From the human T2T-CHM13v2.0 reference genome, Homo sapiens, in NCBI RefSeq assembly GCF_009914755.1, contig NC_060930.1: a stretch of DNA of 64,000 bases, one strand, 5' to 3'. Positions 29,491-46,937 of this stretch are shown here, one piece after another. Below the pieces are notes generated by a model. It saw nothing but the letters and a program-made list of their open reading frames with translations. It made no database searches and was not told the DNA's origin. Both the position numbers and the translations under genes were made by a program. Numbering within the stretch: position 1 is the stretch's first letter; every line of letters starts with the position of its first letter.

Positions 29491-29902
29491 CTCAATCTCA
29501 ATCCTGACTCAAAAGGTTACCTACACCCTCTCTGAAATGAATTTGCATAAGAACTGTTGTTTATGGGAATGCATCTTGATGGGGCAACTGGGTTGTTATG
29601 AAATACTCAGGAACCCAGCCCAGCTCCAGGACTCACCCCTGAGCAAAAAAGCAATGTTGGGCACTCTGGTAAAGGACCACTAGAATCCAGCAGCCTGGAC
29701 CCCTTTCTTTGTGGTCAAGAAAGGCAGGAAAAGGGGTGCAGGACTGCTACATCAGTGAGTGCAACTAATCTGATAAGCAGAGGTCCATGGGTGGTTACAC
29801 ACCCTGGAAAGGAATAAACATTAGGACCATAGAGAACGCTCTAGGACTAATGCTCATTGGAAAATGACTAGGGGTGCTGGCATCCCTATGTCCTTTTTTC
29901 AG

Positions 29903-31363
29903 ATAGGAAATGTTCCCCCCAAGGCAAAAATGCCCGTAAGATATATTCTGGAGAATTGGGACCAATTTGACTCTCAGATGCTAAGAAAGAAATGACTTAC
30001 ATTCCTCTGCAGTACCACCTGGCCATGATGTCCTCTTCAAGGGGGAGAAACCTGGCCTCCTGAGGGAAGTATAAATTATAACACCATCTTACAACTAGAC
30101 CTCTTTTGTAGAAAAGAAGGCAAATGGAGTGAAGTGCCATATGTACAAACTTTCTTTTCATTAAGAGACAACTTGCAATTATGTAAAAAGTATGATTTAT
30201 GCCCTACAGGAAGCCCTCAGAGTCTACCTCCCTAACCTGATGTCCCCCTGACTCCTTCCCCAACTAATAAGGACCCCCCTTTCAACCCAAACAGTCCAAA
30301 AGGACATAGACAAAGGAGTAAACAATGAACCAAAGAGTGCCAATATTCCCTGGTTATGCACCCTCCAAGCGGTGGGAGAAGAATTCGGCCCAGCCAGAGT
30401 GCATGTACCTTTTTCTCTCTCACACTTGAAGCAAATTAAAATAGACCTAGGTAAATTCTCAGATAACCCTGATGGCTATATTGATGTTTTACAAGGATTA
30501 GGACAATCCTTTGATCTGACATGGAGAGATATAATATTACTGCTAAATCAGACGCTAACCTCAAATGAGAGAAGTGCTGCCATAACTGGAGCCCGAGAGT
30601 TTGGCAATCTCTGGTATCTCAGTCAGGTCAATGATAGGATGACAACGGAGGAAAGAGAACGATTCCCCACAGGGCAGCAGGCAGTTCCCAGTGTAGCTCC
30701 TCATTGGGACACAGAATCAGAAGATGGAGATTGGTGCCGCAGACATTTGCTAACTTGCGTGCTAGAAGGACTAAGGAAAACTAGGAAGAAGCCTATGAAT
30801 TATTCAATGATGTCCACTATAACACAGGGAAAGAAAGAAAATCCTACCACCTTTCTGGAGAGACTAAGGGAGGCATTGACAAAGCATATCTCTCTGTCAC
30901 CTGACTCTATTGAAGGCCAACTAATCTTAAAGGAAAAGTTTATCACTCAGTCAGCTGCAGATATTAGAAAAAAACTTCCAAAGTCCGCCTTAGGCCCGGA
31001 GCAAAAGTTAGAAACCCTACTGAACTTGGCAACCTCGGTTTTTTATAATAGAGATCAGGAGGAGCAGGCAGAATGGGACAAATGGGATAAAAAAAAAAAG
31101 GCCACTGCTTTAGTCATGGCCCTCAGGCAAGCGGACTTTGGAGGCTCTGGAAAAGGGAAAAGCTGGGCAAATAGAATGCCTAATAGGGCTTGCTTCCAGT
31201 GCGGTCTCAAGGACACTTTAAAAAAGATTATCCAAATAGAAATAAGCCACTCCCTTGTCCATGCCCCTTATATCAAGGGAATCACTGTAAGGCCCACTGC
31301 CCCAGGGGACGTAGGTCCTCTGAGTCAGAAGCCACTAACCAGATGATCCAGCAGCAGGACTGA
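29903..31363 (+). pseudogene. gag: HERV-W gag, disrupted; a 324-codon open stretch (30372-31346) spans the capsid
   Basis: Start ATG changed to ATA (GNVPPKAK..ILENWDQFD); stops in MA; MHR ITQGKKENPTTFLERLREAL; zinc knuckle CFQCG frameshifted; ends QQD-TGA at 31361. Confidence 0.92.
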
Positions 31364-33963
31364 GGGTGCCTGGGGCAAGCACCAGCCCATGCCATCACCC
31401 TCACAGAGCCCTGGGTATGCTTGACCATTGAGGGCCAGGAGGCTAACTGTCTCCTGGACACTGGTGTGGCCTTCTCAGTCTTACTCTCCTGTCCCGGACA
31501 ACTGGCCTCCATATCTGTCACTATCCCAGGACAGCCAGTCACTAGATACTTCTCCCAGCCACTAAGTTGTGACTGGGGAACTTTACTGTTTTCACATGCT
31601 TTTCTAATTGTACCTGAAAGCCCCACTCCCTTGTTAGGGAGAGACATTCTAGCAAAAGCAGGGGCCATTATACACCTGAACATAGGAGAAGGAACACCCA
31701 TTTGTTGTCCCCTGCTGGAGGAAGGAATTAATCCTGAAGTCTGGGCAACAGAAGGACAATACGGATGAGCAAAGAATGCCCATCTTGTTCAAGTTAAACT
31801 AAAGGATTCTGCCTCCTTTCCCTACCAAAGGCAGTACCCCCTTAGACCGGAGGCCCACCAAGGACTCCAAAAGATTGTTAAGGACCTAAAAGCCCAAGGC
31901 CTAGTAAAAGCATGCAGTAGCCCCTGCAGTACTCCAACTTTACGAGTACAGAAACCCAACAGACAGTGGAGGTTAGTGCAAGATCTCAGGATTATCAATG
32001 AGGCCATTGTCCCTCTATACCCAGCTGTACCTAATCCTTATATTCCGCTTTCCCAAATACTAGAGGAAGCAAAGTGGTTTACAGTCCTGGACCTTAAGGA
32101 TGCCTTTTTCTGCACTCCTATACATGCTGACTCTCAATTCTTGTTTGCCTTTGAAGATCCTTCGAACCCAACATCTCAACTCACCTGGACTGTTTTACCC
32201 CAAGGATTCAGGGATAGCCCCCATCTATTTGGCCAGGCATTAGCCCAAGACTTGAGCCAGTTCTCATACCTGGATATTCTTGTCCTTTGGTATGCGGATG
32301 ATTTACTTTTAGCCGCCCGTTCAGAAACCTTGTGCCATCAAGCCACCCAAGTGCTCTTAAATTTCCTCGCCACCTGTGGCTACAAGGTTTCCAAACCAAA
32401 GGCTCAGCTCTGCTCACAGCAGAGGGCTATTTATCCCTAAATACTTAGGGCTAAAATTATCCAAAGGCACCAGGGCCCTCAGTGAGGAATGTATCCAGCC
32501 TATACTGGCTTATCCTTATCCCAAAACCCTAAAACAACTAAGAAGGTTCCTTGGCATAATAGGCATAACAGGCATAACAGGTTTCTGCTGAATATGGATT
32601 CCCAAGTACGGCAAAATAGCCAGACCATTATATACACTAATTAAGGAAACTCAGAAAGCCAATACCCATTTAGTAAGATGGACACCTGAAGCAGAGGCAG
32701 CTTTCCAGGCCGTAAAGAACACCCTAACCCAAGCCCCAGTGTTAAGCTTGCCAGCGGGGCAAGACTTTTCTTTCTGTGTCACAGAAAAAATAGGAATAGC
32801 TCTAGGAGTCCTTACACAGGTCCGAGGGACCAGCTTGCAACCCATGGCATACCTGAGTAAGGAAATTGATGTAGTGGCAAAGGGTTGGCCTCATTGTTTA
32901 CGGGTAGTGGCGGCAGTAGCAGTCTTAGTATCTGAAGCAGTTAAAATAATACAAGGAAGAGATCTTACTGTGTGAACCTCTCATGATGTGAACCGCATAC
33001 TCACTGCTAAAGAAGACTGGTGGCTGTCAGACAACTGTTTGCTTAAATATCAGGCTCTATTACTTGAAGGGCCAGTGCTGTGACTGCGCACTTGTGCAAC
33101 TCTTAACCCAGCGACATTTCTTCCAGACAATGAAGAAAAGATAGAACAGAACTGTCAACAAGTAATTGCTCAAACCTACGCCGCTTGAGGGGACCTTCTA
33201 GTGGTTCCCTTGACTGATCCCAACCTCAACTTGTATACTGATGAAAGTTCCTTTGTAGAAAAAGGACTTCGAAAAGCAGAGTGTGTAGTGGTCAGTGATA
33301 ATGGAATACTTGAAAGTAATCCTCTGACTCCAGGAACTAGTGCTCAGCTGGCAGAACTAATAGCCCTCACTCAGGCACTAGAATTAGGAGAAGGAAAAAG
33401 GGCAAATATATATACAGACTCTAAGTATGCTTACCTAGTCCTCCATGCTCACGCAGCAATATGGAGAGAAAGGGAATTCCTAACTTCTGAGGGAACCCCT
33501 ATCAAACATCAGGAAGCCATTAAGAAACTATTATTGGCTGCACAGAAATCTAAAGAAGTGGCAGTCTTACACTGCTGTAAGAAAGGACAGAGAAATAGAA
33601 GGGAACCGCCGAGTGGATATTGAAGCCGAAAGAGCCACAAGGCGGGACCCTCCATTAGAAATGCTTATAGAAGAACCGCTAGTATGGGGTAATCCCCTCC
33701 AAGAAACCAAGCCCCAGTACTCAGAAGAAGAAATAGAATGGGAAACCTCATGAGGACGTAGTTTCCTCCTCAGGATGGCTAGCCACCAAAGAAGGAAAAA
33801 TACTTTTGCCTGCAGCTAACCAATGGAAATTACTTAAAACCCTTCACTTAGGCATTGATAGCACCCATCAGATGGCCAAATCATTATTTACTGGACCAGG
33901 CCTTTTCAAAACTATGAAGCAGATAGTCAGAGCCTGTGAAGTGTGCCAAAAAATAATCCCCTG
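31364..33963 (+). pseudogene. pol: HERV-W pro-pol, disrupted; integrase truncated after the zinc-binding domain
   Basis: LLDTGV..LLGRDIL protease; QDLR, DLKDAFF, LPQGFRDSP and YADD (32291-32302) in RT; RNase H SAQLAEL..YTDSKY; HLG..CEVC in IN; many stops and frameshifts. Confidence 0.93.
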
Positions 33964-34219
33964 CACTTTAGGCCATGCATTTCAATCCCTGAATCTTTAA
34001 CCTCCTTGTTAAGTTTGTCTCTTACAGAATTGAAGCTGTAAAGCTACAAATGGTTCTTCAAATGGATCCCCAGATGCAGTCTATGACTCAAATCTACCGC
34101 GGACCCTTGGACCGGCCTGCTAGTCCATGCTTCGATGTTGATGATATCAAAGGCACCCCTCCCGAGGAAATCTCAAGTGCATGACCCTTAGTTGCACCAG
34201 TTCAGCAGGAAGCAGTTAG
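33958..34219 (+). pseudogene. env: HERV-W env remnants: ~30-nt SU island fused to the TM cytoplasmic tail
   Basis: PLHFRPCISIP, then IFNLLVKFVSYRIEAVKLQMVLQMDPQMQS..IYRGPLDRPAS..KGTPPEEIS..SAGSS-TAG. Confidence 0.88.
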
Positions 34220-34277
34220 AGTGGCCGTTGGCCAACCTCCCCAATAGTACTTGGGTTTTCCTGTTGAGAGGGGTTGC

Positions 34278-34603
34278 TGAGAGACAGGACTAGCTGGATT
34301 TCCTAGGCCGACTAAGAACCCCTAAGCCTAGCTGGGAAGGTGACTGCATCCACCTTTAAACACGGGGCTTGCAACGTAGCTCACACCCGACCAATGAGGT
34401 AGTAAAGAGAGCTCACTAAAATGCTAATTAGGCAAAAACAGGAAGTAAAGAAATAGCCAATCATCTATCACCTGAGAGCACAGGGGGAGGGACAATGATC
34501 AGGATATAAACCCAGGCGTTCTAGCCGGCAACGGCTACCCTCTTTGGGTACCCTCCCTTTGTATGGGAGCTCTGTTTTCACTCTATTAAATCTTGCAACT
34601 GCA
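34278..34603 (+). promoter_or_regulatory. LTR17 U3-R (3' LTR lacking U5) with promoter motifs and poly(A) signal
   Basis: PPT gagagggg then TGAGAGACAGGACTAGCTGG; CCAAT at 34391 and 34457; ATGCTAAT at 34421; CAGGAAGT at 34439; TATAAA at 34505; ATTAAA at 34585. Confidence 0.92.
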
Positions 34604-34989
34604 CAAAAACCAAACCAAACCAAACCAAACAAACAAAAAAACAGTGACTGACTTATGGTAAACATTATATAAGCATAAAGTAAACCAAATACTTTTTTTC
34701 TAATTATAAAAGTCCTACACTAACATTGCAGAAAACTTGAGGAATTCAGAAAAGTTATTACTTAGTAAGAGTTGGAATGAATAAATAAGTGGGTAGTTAG
34801 GATGGCAGGCATGTGTTTTAGGCAGAGAGATACAAGATAAAGAACTAAAACTAGAATCTGGTCTTTGAACCCCTGGCCTGATTGTCTTATTCATCATGAT
34901 GATTTGCCTATTTTTCCAATTTCTAAATCATTCCTCTGCTGTTGACAAAGCAATAAATTGTTATATTTGATAAGTGAATCTTCAGAGAA

Positions 34990-35312
34990 CTGGCCTTGAG
35001 CCAGCTCTACAACTAACCAGCTCTGTGGCCCTTTGGAGAATTTCTTAATATTTGTAAACCTCAGCTTTCCTACCAGTGAAATGAAGTTAGTCCTCCCTGT
35101 CCTGCAGGGTTGCTGCAAGGATTTAACAACATGTATATGTACAAACCACTTAGTCCTGTGCTTGGCCTATTTGGTGCTTTTTTTTTTTCTTTTTTTTAAG
35201 ACAGGGTCTTGCTTGAATCTTGCTGAGGCTGGATTCAAACTCCGGGGCTCAAGTGATCCTCCTGCCTCAGCCTTCCAAGTAGCTGGGACTACAGGCATGC
35301 ACCACTGTGCCT
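34990..35312. mobile_element. MIR (+) interrupted by an Alu monomer (35178-35312, -)
   Basis: aacctcagctttcc...gggttgctgcaaggatttaa; antisense monomer-length Alu. Confidence 0.7.
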
Positions 35313-35732
35313 GGTGGCAGTGCTCGTTGAATGTTCTTTTTCCTTAGTTCCTTCCTAGCTCTTCTGACAGTTTTGGGGCTTATGTATATAAGAAGGACTT
35401 GGTTGCCTCAGGGAGAGAGGATGCAGTAGAGTTACATAGCTCACCTCACATCCTCCAAAAGCTGAATTCATAAGTAAACAAAGTGAGCATTTCACCCATA
35501 CTTTACACAAAGTCTAGAATATTTATGGTGTCCATCAGGCTCACATACTGTGACCTTCTGAGATACTTTTCCCTCTCCATTCCCTTTCCTTCTCCCTGCT
35601 GGCTTTTTTTTTTCTTCTTCTTCTTCTTTTTTTTTTTTTTTTTACTGTGAAAAACAACCTATATACAGAATAGTACAAAAACATACCTGTATAGTTTGAA
35701 GAGTAATTATTAACAGTCTTATTAAGAAACAA

Positions 35733-36697
35733 TGCTCCATCCATGTTACTGCAAAAGACATGACCTTATTCTTTTTCTTCTTAATTTTTTTCTTTTTCTT
35801 TCTTTATTTTGGCCCTTTTTCAGATCTAGACCTGCAGAGATCTTGTTCTTTTTTTGAGACAGCATCTCGCTCTGTCACCAGGCTGGAGTTCAGTGGCGTG
35901 ATCTCGGCTCACTGCACCCTCTGCCTCCTGGGTTCAAGTGATTCCCCTGCCTCAGCCTCCTGAGTAGCTGGGACTACAGGCGCGTGCCACCACATCCAGC
36001 TAATTTTTTTATTTTTAGTAGAGACTGGGTTTCATCATGTTGGCCAGGATGGTCTCAATCTCTTGACCTGGTGATCTGCCTGCCTCGGCCCCCAAAAGTG
36101 CTGGAATTACAGGCATGAGCCACCACGCCCAGCCGATCTTGTTCTTTCTTATGACTGTGTAGTATTCCATGGTATATATGTACCACATTTTCTTTATGCA
36201 TTCTATCATTGATGGGCATCTAGGTTGATTCCATGTCTGCTATTGTGAACAGTGCTGCAGTGAACATTCACGTGCATGTGTCTTTGTGGTAGACTGCTTT
36301 ATATTCCTCTGGGTATATGCTCAGTAATAGGATTGCTGGATTGAATGGTAGTTCTTCTTTTAGCTCTTTGAGGATACTGCTTTCCACAATGGTTGAACTA
36401 ACTTACACTCATACAGTATATAAGCATTCCTTTTTCTCTACAACCTCGCCAGCATCTGTTACTTTTTGACTTATAGGTGGGAGCTAAATGATAAGAACTT
36501 ATGAATGTAAAGAAGGAAACAGACACTGGGATCTACTTGAGTGGGAAGAGTGGGAAGAGGGAGAGGAGCAAAAAAGATAACTCTTGGTTACTAAGCTTAA
36601 TACTTGGACAATGTAATAATATGTACAACAAACCCCTGTGACACATGTTTATCTATGTAACAAACCTTCACATGTACCCCTAAACCTAATTTTTTTT
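35733..36697 (+). mobile_element. 5'-inverted (twin-primed) old L1PA (about L1PA11-16)
   Basis: Antisense ORF2-end segment 35733-36472 joined via actt to the sense 3'UTR 36469-36697; TSD-like aagaaaca(ga)atgc on both sides. Confidence 0.85.
35851..36134 (-). mobile_element. AluS inside the inverted L1 segment
   Basis: TSD gatcttgttctt at 35839-35850 and 36135-36146. Confidence 0.95.
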
Positions 36698-36714
36698 AAA
36701 AGAAACAGAATGCC

Positions 36715-37012
36715 AGCCAGGCATAGAGGCTAATTGCCTCTAATCCCAGCACTTTGGGAGGGTGAGATGGGCAGATCACTTGAGCCCAGGAGTTTAAGGC
36801 CAGCCCAGGCAACATAGCAGAACCCCATCTCTTCAAAAAGTACAAAAATTAGCTGGGCATGGTGGTGTGCACCTGTAGTCCCAGCCCCTTGGGAGACTGA
36901 GCTGGGAGGATGGCTTGAGCCCAGGAGGTCAAGGCTGCAGTGAGCTGTGATCATGCCACTGCACTCCAGCCTGGGCGACACAGCAAGACCCTGTCTCCAA
37001 AAAAAAAAAGAA
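36715..37012 (+). mobile_element. AluJ
   Basis: TSD aag(a/g)aacagaatg. Confidence 0.93.
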
Positions 37013-37306
37013 AAGGAACAGAATGTTACCAGCCCAACTGCACTTCTTCACTCCCCCACCACTCTAATGAAGTCATCACTAACCCACTTCTAAAGTACTC
37101 ACATACCCTATGTCTATGGAGGTATGTCAGTGGAGGCTAAGGTATGCCAGTGGAGGCTTATGTACCTTATGTCTAAATATTTAAAGTTATTAAATTAAAA
37201 AACCATTAAAATATGCTTTCTACCTTGACAAACCTTTATAACAAAATTAGAAAATGTTTAATGTTATGGCATTAAATAATTGAAAGCAAAATATCAAAGA
37301 TGATAG

Positions 37307-37642
<336 letters not shown>

Positions 37643-37915
37643 TAATATTTCACATGTTTTAGTATTCCTTTGATAGGGATGTGATGTTTGGGTGAATAAT
37701 AAAGTAAATCAAAGACATATATTTGAAAATTATGTAGTTATTCTAAAAAATTAATTATTTACCTTTATTTTAGCAAAATCAGTGTGTTAGCATAATCAAG
37801 ATATTTTGGTATTCTAGTAACAAGATCTAGTCACAGTAATGATGTAAAGATTAAAAAATAAAATATAATAGGAACCAGTATAAACAAGTGGAATTTAAAT
37901 TTAAAATGCAATACC

Positions 37916-38222
<307 letters not shown>

Positions 38223-38224
38223 AG

Positions 38225-41040
<2,816 letters not shown>

Positions 41041-41381
41041 TATTTGAATGATTTTTATCAAAGATGTAAATTAAAACAAATGTAAAAATAAAAAACAAAT
41101 CACTGTCTGATTCTATTTGTATAAATGTCTAGAAAATGCAAACTAACTTATAATGGCAAACTACTCTATAGATCAGCAGTTGCCTGGAGGCAAGAGGGAA
41201 GAATTGCAGTGAGGTATGATAAAACTTTTGGGGTAATAAATATATTCATTATCTTGATTGCAGTGATGTTGGCACAGGTACATCCATATGTCAAGATTTC
41301 TTGTTGAATACTTTATGTAGTTTATTGCATAACAATTCTATAAAATTAAAAATCATAAAATTTTGTTTGTTTTAAAAACAT

Positions 41382-41950
41382 TCTTTCTTTCTTTTTTCCT
41401 GAGACGGAGTCTCCCTGTATCACCTAGACTGGAGTGCTGATTGCAGCCTTGACCTCCTAGGCTCAAGTGATCCTCCAGCCTCAGCTTCCTAAGTAGCTGG
41501 TACCACACAGGCGCATGCCACCACACCCATATAATTTTTAAATTAGTTTTTGTAGAAATAGGGTCTTGCCATGTTGCCCAGGCTGGTCTTGAACTCCTGG
41601 GCTCAAGCAATCCTCCATCTTGGCCTCCCAAAGTGCTGAAATTACAGGTGTGAGCCACTGCACCTGGCCATCTTAATTTTTAATATTTAAAAGAAAAGTA
41701 AGGGCCAGACACTGTGGCTCTCACCTGTAATCCCAGCATAAGACCAGCCTGGGTAACATGGCAAGACCCCATCTCTATCAAAAATTGAAAAATTAACTGG
41801 GCATGGTGGTGGCCTGTGGTCCCAGCTACTCAGGAGGCTGTAGCTGGAGGATCACTTGAGCCTAGCACGTTGAGGCTGCAATAAGCCATGTTTGCATCAC
41901 TGCACTCCAGCTTAGATGAGAGAGTGAGACCCTGTCTCAAAATAAATAGA
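41382..41950. mobile_element. Head-to-head AluJ pair (41382-41669 -, 41703-41950 + with left-arm deletion)
   Basis: Two oppositely oriented Alus about 33 bp apart. Confidence 0.88.
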
Positions 41951-41984
41951 TAGATAATATATGTCGTAGTTTTAAAAATATATT

Positions 41985-43760
<1,776 letters not shown>

Positions 43761-45239
43761 ATAGTTACATGAGAAAAAAATCAAAGGCAAAATACAGAGT
43801 ATAATTCAAGTATTTTAATTTTTAAATATAAAGTATTTATAGCCAAATTTGATTTACTTCTAAAATGTCTTATTAAATAGTTTAATAAAAGCAAAACTGT
43901 TCTAGCATTCAGTGTTTATTAATTTGCAATACACAAACAATATCATGTTTTACTCATGTTGGGTCCACCACATATGTATATATTTAAGAATAATGTGATT
44001 GGTCAGTACTGCAAAATGTTTTCGTGTACGGTGGCTGTGAGTACCATACTAATTAGTACACTAAGAACTATGAATTGGAACAGGAAGAAAAGCAAGAAAA
44101 TGAACATTCAGCACTATTTGGAAATGAAACCTCACTATGCAAGAATTCATTGCATTCATGCCTTCTCAGGGGGAGTGTTTGATAAATTAATATTTCACTA
44201 ACCTAAGAGCTTCTGCTGCTCAAATCCTCTACACACACTAATGCAGTGTCAGTCTCTGAGTTTGGCAGTGGCACAGCCATAACTTTATGGCAGTTAGGTG
44301 AAATCCCTTTTTGTTTTGTGGACATAGAACAACAGATGTGGAGTTGTACTTCTCTGGGGCCAGCACAAACGCCATTAAGTCTGTGAGTCTCATTCTGTCA
44401 GTGCTGAGCATCCATGTGTTCTTTGATTTGCGAGTGTGTGTTTGTGATTGGCAGGTTTCTCTTACGTGACTCTGAAGGAGTGTTGCTGATCACATCACAC
44501 CCATCCTTAGGCCTTATTGATCATCAGTGTACCTTCCCACTACTATACTTTAAATAGATGCCTGTTATTTAAATTTGATTTTGAGATTAAACAGAATGGC
44601 AGAGACAATTTTGAGACACATCTTTCTTTCATGCTCTGGTAGGAAGATCAAGATTTCTAGGACAGTAGAACAGAGTAAAAGATGAGTGCTGTTGGGATCC
44701 TATCTTTCTCCTAAGCTATTTTTTCTCTCTCAGTTATTCATCATCTATCTCAATTTTTCCTAATGAACTCTTCTATATAAAAGAGGATCCAGGTCCCACA
44801 TCCACTGTCAAGGAGGAATGTAAGATTGACTTGCAACTCAGCCTGTGTACGCAGTTTATGGTTTTTCTTGGCAGGTTTAATGTTCTTTCTTATCTCTTAA
44901 CTTCTTGCTATTCAATAGTAAGTAACTCCCTGGCAGAATTACCTGTGGCTAGAGAATGCTGTTATCAGAGCATCTTTGTTTAATTGGTACTTAGAACAGA
45001 AGGTGTCACCTATTTGACAGGCCAACAATTATGAGCAAGGAGGCATTTGATTCATCAAGATAGAAATCTGCCTGTTAGGTGGAAACATGTCTATGTGGGT
45101 TGATATGTTTTTAGAATATTAAGGCTTGTTTGTGCATGACAACTTTAGGAAGGTGTACTCCAAATGTCTCCAAAGGTTTGCTGTAGTTCTTTACAGAAGT
45201 TGGGCTGCTCCTGGTGGACAGTGTGTAACAGTGAACAAT

Positions 45240-45480
45240 GTATGCTCTAGACTGGGTTCCCTTCCTCCACCCTGTGTCTGTGTGGCCTTGGGCAAGTTGT
45301 TTAACCAACCACTTTTTGCCTCAGTTTCTTTATCGGAACAAGGAGAATAAGAATACTTCAATCAGGCCAGGCGTGGTGACTCACGCCTGTAATCCCAGCC
45401 TTTGGGAGGCCGAGGTGGGTGGATCACCTGAGGTCAGGAGTTCCAGACCAGCCTGGCCAACATGGTGAAACCCCATCTCT
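45240..45480 (+). mobile_element. MIR followed by an Alu left arm that stops abruptly (45365-45480)
   Basis: ctgtgtggccttgggcaagttgtttaacc...gcctcagtttc; the Alu ends at aaaccccatctct. Confidence 0.8.
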
Positions 45481-46572
45481 CCTTTACTTATGCTGGCCTG
45501 ATATTGATCGTCCATGGTAGAATTGATACTGCTTGACAAAGCAGCCTATTTCAGTCAGGACCCTTCTTCTCTAGTTTCCTCTGTAGCTATTACCTTAGCC
45601 TTCCATTTCATTCTTCACACTACAGATACTCTCATTGATAAAGGAATGATGTCTTTATGCTTTCAAGCATTCTGGCAAGTTAGTAATTCAACTATGATTC
45701 TAGGTCAGACAAAACCAGTTATGAACATAAGACTGTTTTTAATCTCCTCCCTGGTCCCCCAACCACCCACCCCAATCAGGAGAAACTATGTTCTGCATTG
45801 GTTTAAGGAACCCGCTTCTTTCTTTGATACCTGACCTACAGATCCAATCTATTCCCAGGAATTTTGATAAGAATTCTCAAATCCTCAGCAAGGCTATGCC
45901 ACTGTCATGACTCTCCTATTCCTGGTAGTGTCATTCTCAGTGTAGGCTGTTTGATAGGTAGTTTTGTGAAGTCTTGTTCATCATAATGGATCATATGATT
46001 TTTAAAAGCAGGACCTGGGTCATATGCCCAGATTAATTTCAACAAAGTTGGTATGTTTTCTTCCTAAAATTAATTTTTTATGATTATCAAAGTTTTATAT
46101 GCATACAGTATAAAATATCAGATTTCTATAAGGCTTATAATAAAGAGTAGCATTCCTCTGCCCTATTCCCCTCTCATACTGGGCACCTTACTCCAAAATC
46201 AACTGCTTTCAGCTCTTTTAGCCATTTCTTATGGTTATCTTCATATTTCAAAACAGCATGCTTATATGGTTGTATTTTGAATTTTCAAACTTAGATTTTT
46301 ATCTACAGACTTCCTTATGGAAGATAAATATTTAACTCTTTTTGTGCTACTCCTTTTCTCATCTCTTAATGTAGGCTATGTTAAAATTTTTGGTTAAATC
46401 AATTAAAAGCCAGTATAGTATAGTGGCTTAAGAGTGAGGGTGCTCACCTCAAATTCCAGCCTCACCACCCATTACTTTGTGTGACTTTGAGCAAGCTTTA
46501 AAACGTCAGTGTCTCAGTTTTGTCAACTGAGTAGATACCTCATAGAATTGCTGTTGATATTAAGTGACTTAA

Positions 46573-46937
46573 TCCTATGGGCTGAATTTGTCTCCCAAAG
46601 TTCATTTGTTGGAAACTTAATCCCCAGTGCATGTGTTAAGAAGTGGGACCTTTCAGAGTTGAATAGGCTATGAGGGCTCTGCCTTCATGAATGGATTAAT
46701 GCCGTTGTTGCAGTAGTGGGTTCCTTATAAAAGGAAGTGTTTGACCCCCTTTCCTTGCCACCTCATGCATGTGATGGCCTTAGCCATGTTATAATGCAGT
46801 AGTAACGCCCTTACCAGACACTGGCTCCTTGATCTTGGACTTCTCAGCCTCCAGAACTGTAAGAAATAAAAGTTTTTTCTTTATAAATTACCCAGTCTCT
46901 GGTATTCTGTTATGGCAGCAAAAAACAGACTGAGACA
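46573..46937 (+). mobile_element. MST-family MaLR solo LTR inserted in a MIR
   Basis: ctatgggctgaat...gaatggattaatgc...cagcctccagaactgtaagaaataaa...gagaCA; 5-bp TSD cttaa at 46568-46572 and 46938-46942. Confidence 0.9.

Noticed and set aside
32291-32302. YADD motif suggesting a non-LTR or retron-type RT
   Set aside because: The context is gammaretroviral RT; a single substitution from YVDD in a dead gene explains it.
35822-35843. Polylinker-like BglII/XbaI/PstI/BglII cluster (vector contamination)
   Set aside because: Only 22 bp, partly formed by the TSD, with no other vector sequence; better explained as chance within a small insertion.
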